From positions 3,777 through 67,776 of the forward strand of contig CBDVCE010000013.1 of NCBI GenBank assembly GCA_965372405.1: a DNA stretch of 64,000 bases, given 5' to 3'. This DNA comes from an uncultured Sunxiuqinia sp. (GTDB lineage: Bacteria; Bacteroidota; Bacteroidia; Bacteroidales; Prolixibacteraceae). The position numbers and the translations under genes are program-made. The notes under the pieces are model-generated. The model saw nothing but the letters and a program-made list of their open reading frames with translations. It made no database searches and was not told the DNA's origin. Every line of letters begins with the position of its first letter. Positions within the stretch are counted from its first letter, which is position 1. This document shows, one piece after another, positions 18,557 through 29,025 of this stretch.

Positions 18557-19471
18557 TTGAATTACAGATGTTTTTTCTGCTTATCAAGAGCTTTTGAGAA
18601 GTTAATTATCAAGGAGAAGCTTTCAAACGAGCAAGCCAATCTGTTTACGAAGGAAATTATTCAGCTATATTCTGAAAAGGGTGATAGTTATCTCACGCCT
18701 CAGTTTGCTGGAGCAATCTATGCAAACTTAAAAAGGTATACAGGGAATAATGATCCTTTTAGTCAGGTTAAAAGGCAAAGCAACGATTTGGTTTTAGGCA
18801 TGTATGATAACTTAAAAGAAAAAGTTGAAAAAGCCAACAACCCATTTGACATGGCTCTTCGTCTGGCAATTGCTGGAAATATTATTGATTTTGCAGTAAA
18901 TGACAAATATAATTTACAAGAAACAATAAATCATGTATTAAATACAGATTTCAGTATTAATCATAGCGAAGACCTTCAAAACGAATTAAAACAAGCTGAT
19001 ACAGTTTTATATCTCGGAGATAACAATGGTGAAATTGTTTTAGACAAGCTTTTAATCGAAACGATCAATCATCCAAACCTAATTTTTGCAGTAAGAGGAG
19101 AACCTGTGATAAATGACATTACAATAAAAGATGCTGAATATGTAGGGATGAAAAAAATTGTTCCAATTGTCTCAAATGGTACGAACCTACCCTCCACAGT
19201 ATTAAGTGAATGTTCCGATGAATTCAAGGAAATTTTCAATAAAGCAGACCTAGTCATTTCAAAAGGACAAGGCAATCTGGAAGGATTACAGAATGAATCT
19301 AATCACAATATCTTTTTCCTGTTAATGGTAAAATGTGATGTAATTGCAGAAAGTATAAAGGTTAAAAAAGGAGATTTTGTAGTAAAAATGAATAAGTCGA
19401 CCCATGAAAATAGCAATAGCAAGTGGCAAAGGAGGAACTGGAAAGACTCTCGTTTCCACAAATCTTTTTAA
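18557..19471 (+). CDS. DUF89/ARMT1-like metal-dependent phosphatase
   Basis: N-terminal CFFC, AGNIIDF, DNNGE, ISKGQGNLE, KC motifs. Confidence 0.88.
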   Translation: MNYRCFFCLSRAFEKLIIKEKLSNEQANLFTKEIIQLYSEKGDSYLTPQFAGAIYANLKRYTGNNDPFSQVKRQSNDLVLGMYDNLKEKVEKANNPFDMALRLAIAGNIIDFAVNDKYNLQETINHVLNTDFSINHSEDLQNELKQADTVLYLGDNNGEIVLDKLLIETINHPNLIFAVRGEPVINDITIKDAEYVGMKKIVPIVSNGTNLPSTVLSECSDEFKEIFNKADLVISKGQGNLEGLQNESNHNIFFLLMVKCDVIAESIKVKKGDFVVKMNKSTHENSNSKWQRRNWKDSRFHKSF

Positions 19472-20255
19472 TACAATACGAAACATTGGAGAACCAGTAA
19501 CACTCGTAGATTGTGATGCAGAAGAACCAAATGCACAGCAATTCATAAAAGGAAACTTGATTGATGAGCAATTCGTAATTCAAAAAGTTCCAATTATTGA
19601 TTTGAAGAATTGTACTTTCTGTGGTAAATGCCAGAAATTCTGCAATTATAATGCAATTATTGTTATACCTGAAATTAAACGAATTCAGGTAATTGAAGAA
19701 CTATGTCATGATTGTGGTGCTTGCTCTTTTGCGTGCAAATTTTCTGCAATTACCGAAAAGGACAAGACAATAGGTACGATTAGTATATTTGAATTGGATA
19801 AGTATTCCGTACTATTAGAAAGCAGATTGAATATTGGGGTTTATTCATCAGTACCATTAATTAAATCGGCTATTAGTGCTGTAGATAACGAAACTATTGC
19901 TCTATTTGATGCACCACCCGGGACTTCGTGCCCATTTATTGCATCGGTGGAGGATGCTGATTATGTAGTACTGGTTACAGAACCTACTCCATTTGGATTG
20001 AATGATTTAAAACTCTCGGTAAATACTCTCAAAGAACTAAGAAAATCTTTTGGTGTAGTAATAAATCGCGTTGGAATCGGCAATAATGATGTTTTTAACT
20101 ACTTAAAAGAAAATCAAATACCTCTTTTAGCTGAAATTCCTTTTGATCGTGAGATAGCGAGGAACTATTCTGAAGGAAAGTTAATTACCCAAGCACTCCC
20201 TCAATATCAGGAAGTATTTGAACAATTGTATTTTACCATTCAAAACATTAACTAA
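19404..20255 (+). CDS. MinD-superfamily P-loop ATPase with inserted 2x[4Fe-4S] ferredoxin
   Basis: SGKGGTGKT, DCDAEEPN, CTFCGKCQKFC / CHDCGACSFAC, DAPPGTSCP, EPTPFG. Confidence 0.92.
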   Translation: MKIAIASGKGGTGKTLVSTNLFNTIRNIGEPVTLVDCDAEEPNAQQFIKGNLIDEQFVIQKVPIIDLKNCTFCGKCQKFCNYNAIIVIPEIKRIQVIEELCHDCGACSFACKFSAITEKDKTIGTISIFELDKYSVLLESRLNIGVYSSVPLIKSAISAVDNETIALFDAPPGTSCPFIASVEDADYVVLVTEPTPFGLNDLKLSVNTLKELRKSFGVVINRVGIGNNDVFNYLKENQIPLLAEIPFDREIARNYSEGKLITQALPQYQEVFEQLYFTIQNIN

Positions 20256-20256
20256 A

Positions 20257-21141
20257 GTGATAGAAATAGCCATATTAAGCGGGAAAGGTGGTACTGGAAA
20301 AACAAGTCTAAGTGCAGCTTTTACATCACTTGAATCGAATATTGTTGTAGCTGATTGTGATGTAGATGCAGCAAATTTACATTTAGTATTAAACCCTCAG
20401 AATTATCGGGAAGAAGTATACATTTCAGGACAAAAAGCGATAATTGATTACAATAAATGTACTAATTGTGCACTTTGTCTAGAATATTGTCGGTTTGGAG
20501 CAATCCAAATAAAGAATCAAAAAATAGAGATTTCGGAAACATCCTGCGATGGCTGTCACCTGTGTGCAAGAGTTTGTCCTGCAGATGCAATTACAATGGA
20601 AAATCATGATAAAAGCCGCTGGTATGAGGCTACGATTGAAAATGGAAGAATGGTTCATGCCCACCTTGCTCCTGGTGAAGATAATTCAGGCAAGTTGGTC
20701 AATATTGTAAGAGATCAAGCAAGAGAAATTGCATTTAATATTGATTCAGAGATCATTCTTATTGATGGTCCTCCGGGAATTGGATGTCCGGTTATTTCGT
20801 CTCTAACAGGAACGGACAAAGTACTATTAGTCACAGAACCAAGCCAATCTGGGCTTCATGATTTAAAAAGAATTGTTGAACTAGTTAATCAGTTCAAAAT
20901 AAAAGCCTTTGTTGTAATAAATAAATTCGATCTAAACATTCAAATAAGTGAAGAGATTGAAAATTGGAGCAAGCAGAAAGACATTCCTGTTGCAGGAAAA
21001 TTACCTTTTGACCCTATTGTTGTTGATGCAATGATTAATTGTAAAACAATAACTCAATGGTTACCTGATTCCCCATTCAGCAAAGAAATAATTGAAATAT
21101 GGAATAAGTTAAAAACAAATGAACACAAAAAACCTATTTGA
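20257..21141 (+). CDS. MinD-superfamily P-loop ATPase with inserted ferredoxin, second paralog
   Basis: SGKGGTGKT, DCDVDAANL, CTNCALCLEYC / CDGCHLCARVC, DGPPGIGCP; likely GTG start at 20257. Confidence 0.92.
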   Translation: MIEIAILSGKGGTGKTSLSAAFTSLESNIVVADCDVDAANLHLVLNPQNYREEVYISGQKAIIDYNKCTNCALCLEYCRFGAIQIKNQKIEISETSCDGCHLCARVCPADAITMENHDKSRWYEATIENGRMVHAHLAPGEDNSGKLVNIVRDQAREIAFNIDSEIILIDGPPGIGCPVISSLTGTDKVLLVTEPSQSGLHDLKRIVELVNQFKIKAFVVINKFDLNIQISEEIENWSKQKDIPVAGKLPFDPIVVDAMINCKTITQWLPDSPFSKEIIEIWNKLKTNEHKKPI

Positions 21142-21955
21142 GAAGATTGACATGCCTGGTGTTAAAAACACCATTGTTGTAGCATCAGGTAAAGGAGGGG
21201 TTGGAAAATCAACAGTATCTGCAAATCTAGCAATGGCACTAGCAAGAGAGGGCTATAAAACAGCACTTTTTGATGCTGATTTATTTGGCCCATCTATTCC
21301 AATATTATTTGGAGTTCAGGGTGAGAAACCAAAAGTTAGTAATCCAAACGGTCAAGAACGAATTTCTCCAATTGAAAAATATGGAGTTAAAATTATGAGC
21401 ATTGCTTTTTTCATGATTAACAAAAAATCGCTCATATGGAGAGGCCCGGCAGCATCTGCAGGATTAACTCAATTATTATCAGCTACAGAATGGGGTGAGA
21501 TTGATTATTTAATTATTGACTTTCCTCCTGGAACTAGTGATGTTCAGTTAACAATAACTCAAAAACTATATCTTACCGGATCAATCCTTGTTACTACACC
21601 ACAAGATATTGCAGTTGCAGATGCACTAAAAGCAGCTGATATGTTTCAAACCCCAAAAATTCAGGTACCAATATTGGGTGTTGTTGAAAACATGTCCTAT
21701 TTCACTCCTGATAAACATCCAGATGAAAAATATTTTCTTTTTGGTAAAGGAGGAGGTGAAAAATTATCAAGCCAATTAAATGTGCCATTATTAGGCCAAA
21801 TTCCTCTGGTAAGTGATGTTTGTGAGCTTGGCGACAATGGGAAATCCATATACTTATCGAAGAACCAATTAATCGCAAATGAATTTAACAATCTTGTTTT
21901 AAATCTAATTGAAACTCTTAGCTCCTCTCCAAAAGAACAATTGAATAGAACTTAA
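21119..21955 (+). CDS. mrp: Mrp/NBP35 Fe-S cluster carrier ATPase
   Basis: SGKGGVGKS, DADLFGPS, WRGP, DFPPGTSD, VVENMS motifs. Confidence 0.9.
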   Translation: MNTKNLFEKIDMPGVKNTIVVASGKGGVGKSTVSANLAMALAREGYKTALFDADLFGPSIPILFGVQGEKPKVSNPNGQERISPIEKYGVKIMSIAFFMINKKSLIWRGPAASAGLTQLLSATEWGEIDYLIIDFPPGTSDVQLTITQKLYLTGSILVTTPQDIAVADALKAADMFQTPKIQVPILGVVENMSYFTPDKHPDEKYFLFGKGGGEKLSSQLNVPLLGQIPLVSDVCELGDNGKSIYLSKNQLIANEFNNLVLNLIETLSSSPKEQLNRT

Positions 21956-22019
21956 AATTCCAAAGACAATAAGTTCCGGTCAATTCGAGTATCGTTTAAA
22001 CTAATTAAATAGAAACAAC

Positions 22020-22673
22020 GTGAACTTTTCAAAACCTAAGGTAAATATCATTATTGACGGAATCATGTGCCTCTGTTTTATTTTCCTAATATTCAATGGC
22101 TTACTAGCAAGATATATCCTCTTACCTGGATTTAAAAGAAATCTAAAATACGGAGCTGATTATGACCTATACTTTTTAGGAATGGATAGACATCAATGGG
22201 GGACGATTCATTTTATTGTCAGTTTAGTACTAATTCTGGGTTTACTTTTCCACTTCATTCTCCATTGGAAATCGATAAAAAGCAAAATGAATCGCTTGAT
22301 ATCCAAAAGTACATTCACGAAAATAACCTACATAGTTTTACTAATCTTAATCTTTTCCTGCGTTTTTGGGACATTTATGATTAAACCAGACGTCGTAAGA
22401 AGGGAGCATCTGGAATTAAACAGAAATAATTTAAATGATAGAATTAAGCCAAACAACCAAGAAACACAAGACTTGCATAGTGAAATTGAAATAATGGGAT
22501 CGATGTCTCTTGAACAAGCTGCAGAAAAATATGATGTTTCTATAGAAAAAATAGTAGATAAACTGGGAGTTAATCAAAATGAATCAACTGAAAATATTGG
22601 AAGACTTCGGAAGAAATATGGCTTCACAATGAATGAATTAAAGGAATTGATTCAAAAAAACAGACACAAATAA
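22020..22673 (+). CDS. DUF4405-like membrane protein (cytochrome b-like His pair)
   Basis: GMDRHQWGTIH...HFILHW motif; three TM segments and a soluble C-terminus. Confidence 0.75.
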   Translation: MNFSKPKVNIIIDGIMCLCFIFLIFNGLLARYILLPGFKRNLKYGADYDLYFLGMDRHQWGTIHFIVSLVLILGLLFHFILHWKSIKSKMNRLISKSTFTKITYIVLLILIFSCVFGTFMIKPDVVRREHLELNRNNLNDRIKPNNQETQDLHSEIEIMGSMSLEQAAEKYDVSIEKIVDKLGVNQNESTENIGRLRKKYGFTMNELKELIQKNRHK

Positions 22674-22674
22674 C

Positions 22675-23292
22675 ATGTTTGAAATTTCTAAACCTGTTGA
22701 AACTGATAGCATTATTATCGGTTCACAAGTAACGCTTCCCAGTCAATATGGTTACTTCGAAATAATTCCATTTAAAGAAAAACTAAACAATCTTGAGCAC
22801 ATCGCTATCATAAAGAATTTGAATAGAAATGATGAGAGTGTTTTAACAAGAATTCATTCCGCATGTGCAACTGGAGATTTATTCGGATCACTAAGGTGTG
22901 ACTGTGGAGATCAGCTAAAAAAGGCACTTCAACTAATTGAACTAGAAGAAAAAGGAATACTAATATATCTTCAGCAGGAAGGCCGTGGAATTGGGCTAAT
23001 GAATAAAATTGAAGCTTACAAACTGCAAGATCAGGGAATGGATACTGTTGATGCTAATTTGCATTTGGGCTTTAAAGCCGATGAACGCAATTACAAAATA
23101 GGAGCAGAAATTCTCAATTATTTTAGAATAAAAAGCATACGGCTTTTAACCAATAATCCAGCAAAAAGCACTGGACTAAAATCTTATGGAATTGAAATTA
23201 CTAAGTGCATCCCAATTACTATTAAGGCGAACAAATACAACAAATTCTATTTGAAAACAAAAAAAGTACGAATGGGACATTTCTTTGAATAA
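22675..23292 (+). CDS. ribA: GTP cyclohydrolase II (stand-alone)
   Basis: RIHSACATGDLFGSLRCDCG Zn motif, QEGRGIGL, AYKLQD, LLTNNP. Confidence 0.92.
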   Translation: MFEISKPVETDSIIIGSQVTLPSQYGYFEIIPFKEKLNNLEHIAIIKNLNRNDESVLTRIHSACATGDLFGSLRCDCGDQLKKALQLIELEEKGILIYLQQEGRGIGLMNKIEAYKLQDQGMDTVDANLHLGFKADERNYKIGAEILNYFRIKSIRLLTNNPAKSTGLKSYGIEITKCIPITIKANKYNKFYLKTKKVRMGHFFE

Positions 23293-25003
23293 AAAAATCA
23301 AATATATCAACATGAAGAATACAAGAATAATAGTAATTGGAGGTTCTGCTGCAGGCCCAAAAGCTGCAGCAAGAGCAAGACGGATGGATGAATTTGCAGA
23401 AATAACAATATATCAAAAGGGATCTGACTTATCAATGGCTTCGTGTGGTTATCCCTATTTTATTGGTGGCTATTTTGATGACCGAAATAAGCTACTATGC
23501 ACTCCTGCCGGTGTAGTCAGAGACCCCCAGTTTTATTGGAATGCCAAAGGAATTACGGCAAAGATCAATACTGAGGTTACCCGAATTGATAGGCAAAACA
23601 AAAAAATTGAATTTAAAAATCGAATTACGAACGAAATCGGATCGCAATCTTATGACAAATTAGTCATTACAACTGGAGCTACACCCAATATGCCTCCTCT
23701 TCCCGGAATTGAACTTACAGGTATTACAACTCTTCAATCAATGCAGGATGCTGATTATTTAAGAAAAATAAAAGATGAAAGAAAAGTAAAAAAAGCAGTC
23801 GTAATTGGAGGTGGACTTATTGGAATTGAAACATTAGAAGCCTTGAATTTTGCAGGAATTGAATTAACAATAGTGGAACTTTTACCACAATTGCTAACAT
23901 TTTTAGATTGGAAAATGGCTAAGCTGGTAGAAAACTATTTAAAGACCAAAGCCAATGTAATAACAAAAAATGGAGTTGCTGAATTCTTAGGTGTAAATGG
24001 AAAGCTCAAAGGCGTTAGACTTCAAAATGGCACTGAAATCCCTTGTGAACTTGCAGTTATTGCAATTGGTGTAAAACCAAATATACAACTTGCAAAAGAA
24101 GCCGGACTGGATATTGGTTCGTTAGGCGGAATTTCCGTAAACAAATTTATGCAAACCAATGATCCAAATATATTTGCTGCCGGCGACTGTTGTGAAATTA
24201 CAAACCTAATAACCGGTAAAAAAGTTTTAGCTCCTTATGGAGACCTTGCAAACCTTGAAGGACGTGTTGTTGGAGAAAACTGCATAAAGGATAACACTGC
24301 AAGTTTTCCTGGTACAATTCAAACAGGAATTTGTAAACTTTTTGATTATACTGTAGGCATTACTGGTCTTTCAGAAACAAGAGCAAAAGAAAATGGGTTT
24401 AACTATATAAAAGTAATAAATGCAAGTCCTGACAAACCTGGATTCATGGAAGGTAAATTGCTAATTACAAAGTTAGTTGCGGAAAAAGATTCTGGCCGAA
24501 TTCTAGGTGTACAATGCCTAGGTCCAGGAGATGTTAGCAAACAATTAGCAATATGGGCTACTGCTATAAAAGGAAAACTTACAGTAGATGACATGATTAA
24601 TGCAGATATGCCTTATGCACCGCCATTTTCACTAGCAATTGACCATAGCATTGCCACTGCACATATTATCCAGAATAAAATGAATGGTCTATTTAATGGA
24701 GTATCAGCAATGGAAGTAAAAGAAAAAATCAACAATGGTGAAGATATTTTCTTATTGGACACCAGAGGTGCCGATGAATATGAAGAAACACGCATTGGAG
24801 CAGGAGAAACATTAATCCCGATTGGAATGCTGCGAAAAAGGATGAATGATCTTCCTGATAACAAGAATACAGAGATTATTACTTTCTGTAAAATATCATT
24901 AAGAGGATATGAAGCTGCACGACTGCTTCATGAAAATGGGTATACCAATGTAAAAGTGATGGAAGGTGGAATTTCTGCATGGCCATTTGAAAAAGAAAAA
25001 TAG
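23285..25003 (+). CDS. FAD-dependent CoA-disulfide/persulfide reductase with C-terminal rhodanese (CoADR-RHD/Npsr-like)
   Basis: GGSAAG, SMASCGYPY redox Cys, GGGLIG, AAGDC, PYAPPFS, rhodanese FCKISLRG. Confidence 0.92.
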   Translation: MNKKIKYINMKNTRIIVIGGSAAGPKAAARARRMDEFAEITIYQKGSDLSMASCGYPYFIGGYFDDRNKLLCTPAGVVRDPQFYWNAKGITAKINTEVTRIDRQNKKIEFKNRITNEIGSQSYDKLVITTGATPNMPPLPGIELTGITTLQSMQDADYLRKIKDERKVKKAVVIGGGLIGIETLEALNFAGIELTIVELLPQLLTFLDWKMAKLVENYLKTKANVITKNGVAEFLGVNGKLKGVRLQNGTEIPCELAVIAIGVKPNIQLAKEAGLDIGSLGGISVNKFMQTNDPNIFAAGDCCEITNLITGKKVLAPYGDLANLEGRVVGENCIKDNTASFPGTIQTGICKLFDYTVGITGLSETRAKENGFNYIKVINASPDKPGFMEGKLLITKLVAEKDSGRILGVQCLGPGDVSKQLAIWATAIKGKLTVDDMINADMPYAPPFSLAIDHSIATAHIIQNKMNGLFNGVSAMEVKEKINNGEDIFLLDTRGADEYEETRIGAGETLIPIGMLRKRMNDLPDNKNTEIITFCKISLRGYEAARLLHENGYTNVKVMEGGISAWPFEKEK

Positions 25004-25239
25004 AAAATCTACTTAAACTCAACACATTGCAGGCATCATCAATAACACACAAATCTTTAACGAACAAATGGTTAATAAAATTCAACTTCTTTTATTCAAT
25101 TTTTATTTAGATTGATTAAATATTTCACTGTTTTTCTATTTCATTGAAAAACACCCTACTGCACATGATAGCATTGTCAATTAAATCGATTATTTTCGAC
25201 TTCGATCAAAAATTTATCTAACTTTTTAAATTAATCATT

Positions 25240-25992
25240 TTGAAAACTCCAAAAGACGATTACAGGATTAGTTTCTTTAATCCTACGACTAAGCATGCCC
25301 GAATCGATCGCAACATGGCAATCTTGCTTGTGAGCATCTGGGCTATTGCTGTATTTGGGTTTCAGATAGCATTAAGAGTGCTTGAGAAACCAACTCCGGA
25401 GAAAACATTGGTTACTTTTGAATCGGTTTGGGATGATGTGCAGGGAGGAAACGCTGATTTAGAACAAAACCAACAGTTTATCAACTCCTGTCTTTCCGTA
25501 ATTGGGAAGCAGTCAGTAAAATCTGAGCATTTAGCTCTTCTTAAAAATGCCTGTGGATCAACTATTTTCACTTTGATCCCGGAAGCTCAGAAAGCAGGTT
25601 TTATGGAGGATATAAAGCAATTAAATCAGTTTATTAGCAATGAGGTCTCCATTACAGATCACAACTACCTACAACTTAAAAATAAAATTGCAACAAAGGT
25701 AGGCCCTCTTGCTGCAATTGATCAGAATAGTTTACTTTATGAATTTGTTCACATAGGATTAACTGGAAATATTGAAATGCTTACTGAAGATTGTAAATCC
25801 AATCTCCATCCGATTATGAAGTTATACCTGACTCATAATCAATCGATATTAACTGATTTCAAATTCTTAGGATTCCCATTTCACTACTTCTACTCAGCGG
25901 TCTTTTTGCTAATATTTTTTGTCGGCATCTGTTGGTTTTACTGCTTCAGGGTAGATCGATTAAATGCATTATTAGGTCTCAAAGACAAGTAG
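25240..25992 (+). CDS. DUF4212-like symporter accessory protein with a large soluble insert
   Basis: N-terminal TM (IWAIAVFGFQ) and C-terminal FLGFPFHYFY...VDRLN resemble the two halves of DUF4212, separated by about 150 soluble residues. Confidence 0.65.
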   Translation: MKTPKDDYRISFFNPTTKHARIDRNMAILLVSIWAIAVFGFQIALRVLEKPTPEKTLVTFESVWDDVQGGNADLEQNQQFINSCLSVIGKQSVKSEHLALLKNACGSTIFTLIPEAQKAGFMEDIKQLNQFISNEVSITDHNYLQLKNKIATKVGPLAAIDQNSLLYEFVHIGLTGNIEMLTEDCKSNLHPIMKLYLTHNQSILTDFKFLGFPFHYFYSAVFLLIFFVGICWFYCFRVDRLNALLGLKDK

Positions 25993-26028
25993 TGAAATTC
26001 TAGTGTGAATCAAATTAAATCTGATAAG

Positions 26029-27693
26029 ATGAAATCTAAAAAAATACTTTTAACAATACTTACTACCCTTCCACTACTTTCAAATGCAGCCAGTACAGCA
26101 ACTGCTCTGGAAGGGAGCTTTAAGTTTGGACCAGCTGTTATTCTAATTACAATACTGTCTATTTTTGTTATGGTTGGGATAATCTTCCGAGCCAAAGACA
26201 CCAATGATTTTTATGCAGCCGGACGAGGAATTTCCAGAATTGGTTCCGGTATGGCCATTGCCTCTAACTGGATGAGTGCAGCTTCATTTTTAGGAATGGC
26301 GGCACTTATGTATGGCTATGGTTACCATGGACTTGCCTATGTAGTAGGATGGACTGGAGGCTATGTACTTTTACTAATTCTAATGGCCGGACAAATTCGT
26401 CGCTATGGTAAATATACTGCTGCTGACTTTATTGGTGACCGTTATTATTCCCAAACACTTCGTGCAGTTGGAGCCATTGTAGCCATACTGATATCTATCT
26501 CTTATTGCGTTGGACAGTTTGGTGGAATTGGCCTGATGTTTAAATGGGTACTTGGTCTGGATTACGTATGGTCTGTGATTATTGGCGGATCAGTTGTGTT
26601 AACTTACACATTGATTTCCGGAATGCTTGGTGTTACCAAAAATATGCAGATTCAGTACATTATCATTATTATATCCTTTCTTATACCACTCTTTATCATG
26701 ACAGTTAAGTTTGACTATTTCTGGGTTTTACCACAAATAGGTTACGGTGCTGCGGTTAATGATATAGCTGAAGGTGTTAAACTTGCTGGTGTCACAAACT
26801 CATTCGGACATAGTTACGGAATTGTCCCAAGTCCCGAACTTGTCATGCCATGGGATGCTGCTACCGGTCAAACATTCTTTCAATGGATGGCGATTACCTT
26901 TTCATTGATGATTGGAACTGCTGGCTTGCCACACGTCATCCAGCGTTTTTATGTAGTACCTAAAGCTCGCGATGCACGTTGGTCTGTTGTTTGGGGCTTA
27001 TTCTTTATCTGTATTTTGTACTGGAGTGCTCCTGCTTATTCAGCAATTGGAACAATACTCTCATCAAACCCTGAAGTAGGTAAACTGGCGAAAGATGCCA
27101 TCGTTGTATATACAGCTCAGCTAGGTAATGTTCATCCTTTAATTGTTGGATTCCTTGCTGCGGGGGGTGTATCAGCCGCTTTCTCAACAGTTTCAGGTTT
27201 GTTGGTTGCTGGTGCTTCTGCTTTTTCTCATGACTTATATGTTAAGGTTTTTAATCCTGATGCAAGTCCGAAGAAACAATTGCAAATGGCACGCTGGGGA
27301 ACCATCCTTATGGCAGCAATTGTAACGGTTATCGCCCTATTAGATCTTGCATTAATTGGGCAATTAGTAGCTGTCGCTTTCTCGTTGGCTGGCTGCACTA
27401 TTTTCCCCATGTTCCTACTTGGAATTTGGTGGAGTGGTTCAAATCGTCCGGGAGCAGTTGCAGGTCTAATTACAGGTCTGACTGTTTCACTTACAGCTTT
27501 GAGTTATTTTATAGCTGGGAAATACGGGATTCATTTACCTGCGCATGAGTTTGTCAGTTATTGGCTTGGAGCGTGGTATTTTGCATGGATTGGTGCTCCT
27601 CTATCCATATTAATTCATATTATTGTGTCGAGGGTAACTAAAGAAACACCATTAGAAATACGGAAATTTTTGGTTGAACAAGTACACGGATAA
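26029..27693 (+). CDS. Sodium:solute symporter (ActP/VC_2705-like)
   Basis: WMSAASFLG, GKYTAADFIGDRY, GTAGLPHVIQRF motifs; multi-TM. Alternative GTG start at 26005. Confidence 0.92.
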   Translation: MKSKKILLTILTTLPLLSNAASTATALEGSFKFGPAVILITILSIFVMVGIIFRAKDTNDFYAAGRGISRIGSGMAIASNWMSAASFLGMAALMYGYGYHGLAYVVGWTGGYVLLLILMAGQIRRYGKYTAADFIGDRYYSQTLRAVGAIVAILISISYCVGQFGGIGLMFKWVLGLDYVWSVIIGGSVVLTYTLISGMLGVTKNMQIQYIIIIISFLIPLFIMTVKFDYFWVLPQIGYGAAVNDIAEGVKLAGVTNSFGHSYGIVPSPELVMPWDAATGQTFFQWMAITFSLMIGTAGLPHVIQRFYVVPKARDARWSVVWGLFFICILYWSAPAYSAIGTILSSNPEVGKLAKDAIVVYTAQLGNVHPLIVGFLAAGGVSAAFSTVSGLLVAGASAFSHDLYVKVFNPDASPKKQLQMARWGTILMAAIVTVIALLDLALIGQLVAVAFSLAGCTIFPMFLLGIWWSGSNRPGAVAGLITGLTVSLTALSYFIAGKYGIHLPAHEFVSYWLGAWYFAWIGAPLSILIHIIVSRVTKETPLEIRKFLVEQVHG

Positions 27694-28445
27694 TGATAAA
27701 TTTAACGAAAGAAACCAGGAGGGTCATTCAAGTAATGATCCTCCTTACTTTAATTGCATTGACAGTTGCATGGTTCTATTACCGGGATAAAAACAGATCT
27801 GAAGATCCCCGAGTGGTTGAAGCGAAGTATAAAATTCAGAGATTCCAACTGGTATCTGATACTGAAGACTATGTGCATGCACTCTCAATTCTCGATTCGA
27901 TTCAAGTGTTATATAATACATTTGAACACTATAGAAATTCCTATGAAGTAGGTGTTATATACAACAATAAATCTGCGATTTACCTTACCCTGGCTCTACA
28001 TCATAATACAGATTCATTAGGAAAATTAAAAAACTTTGAATTCGCAGAAAAATATGCCAAGCTTAGTATAAGTATTTACGAAAACTGGCTTAATAAATTT
28101 GAGAATCTTACGGAAGATAAAATTGGGATTGAGATTCAAAACAATTTCACGGATGGATTAGTAGCCTCTGAAAAAAGAATAACGAAGATTTTCAAAAAAC
28201 GCATCAAAGAAATTCAGGATGCTCAATATGAAACACAAAGAAGATTATCGGTAAGCTATACGAATCTTGGAATTGTGAATCGTCATAACAATCAGGTAGA
28301 AGCAGCTGCTGAATGTTATCAAAAAGCATTAGAACTATGGGTCAGAAATCTATCTGCCAGAAACAACCTAAACATCATACTTGATAAGCCTCTTGAAAAA
28401 CTAAACTTCATTGACAAAATGTTTCCGCCAGAAAAAGAAGAGTAA
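27693..28445 (+). CDS. Membrane-anchored TPR protein
   Basis: N-terminal TM, then TPR motifs (SYTNLGIV...AAECYQKALELW); translationally coupled to the symporter. Confidence 0.8.
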   Translation: MINLTKETRRVIQVMILLTLIALTVAWFYYRDKNRSEDPRVVEAKYKIQRFQLVSDTEDYVHALSILDSIQVLYNTFEHYRNSYEVGVIYNNKSAIYLTLALHHNTDSLGKLKNFEFAEKYAKLSISIYENWLNKFENLTEDKIGIEIQNNFTDGLVASEKRITKIFKKRIKEIQDAQYETQRRLSVSYTNLGIVNRHNNQVEAAAECYQKALELWVRNLSARNNLNIILDKPLEKLNFIDKMFPPEKEE

Positions 28446-29025
28446 AAACTTCAAATTCTATAAAATAACTTTACACTAATTACGAATTGAAAAACGTAAA
28501 CTGCTAGCACACTGACAATAAACAAGTGAACAGCTATCACTGCTTGTGCTTTAGTTTTAAAGATTCCATTGGCACATTTCCCAATAAATCAGAAGTCTAA
28601 CAGTTTTAGATTTCGATATAAAAAGCATAATTGACATCTACTAAGCAATCATACATCTCCATAAATTTCATACTCATCCCTACATATAAATCAAATCTAA
28701 AGAGATTGCCTTGTAGATCTCATTTTATTCCAACAAGAACAATCCTTCCTGCCAAAATCCGCTGTATTTCTTCGTGTATACCTTTCGTAAATAGCACACA
28801 AAAACTCTGAACAGAACATAATCTACTGCCAAATAACATTTGACATATATTTCTATTAATTTGAATTATTCCTTCAATACGCTCGCCTACTGTTACATAC
28901 AGCGCCTAAATATATTTGACACTTATATTTATCCAAAACTATCAATGTATTTTTTTTGACATTTTATTCAAAAAGCATAGTCATAAGTTTAGCTACACTT
29001 AAAATTCAAACCAAACTATTAATTT

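Noticed and set aside
19404-19471. 68-nt overlap between DUF89 and the first ATPase
   Set aside because: Most simply a lost or shifted stop giving a junk C-terminal tail; both genes look intact.
21119-21955. Mrp lacking the C-terminal CxxC
   Set aside because: ENMSYF-TP-type Mrp proteins without CxxC are, to my knowledge, usual in Bacteroidota.
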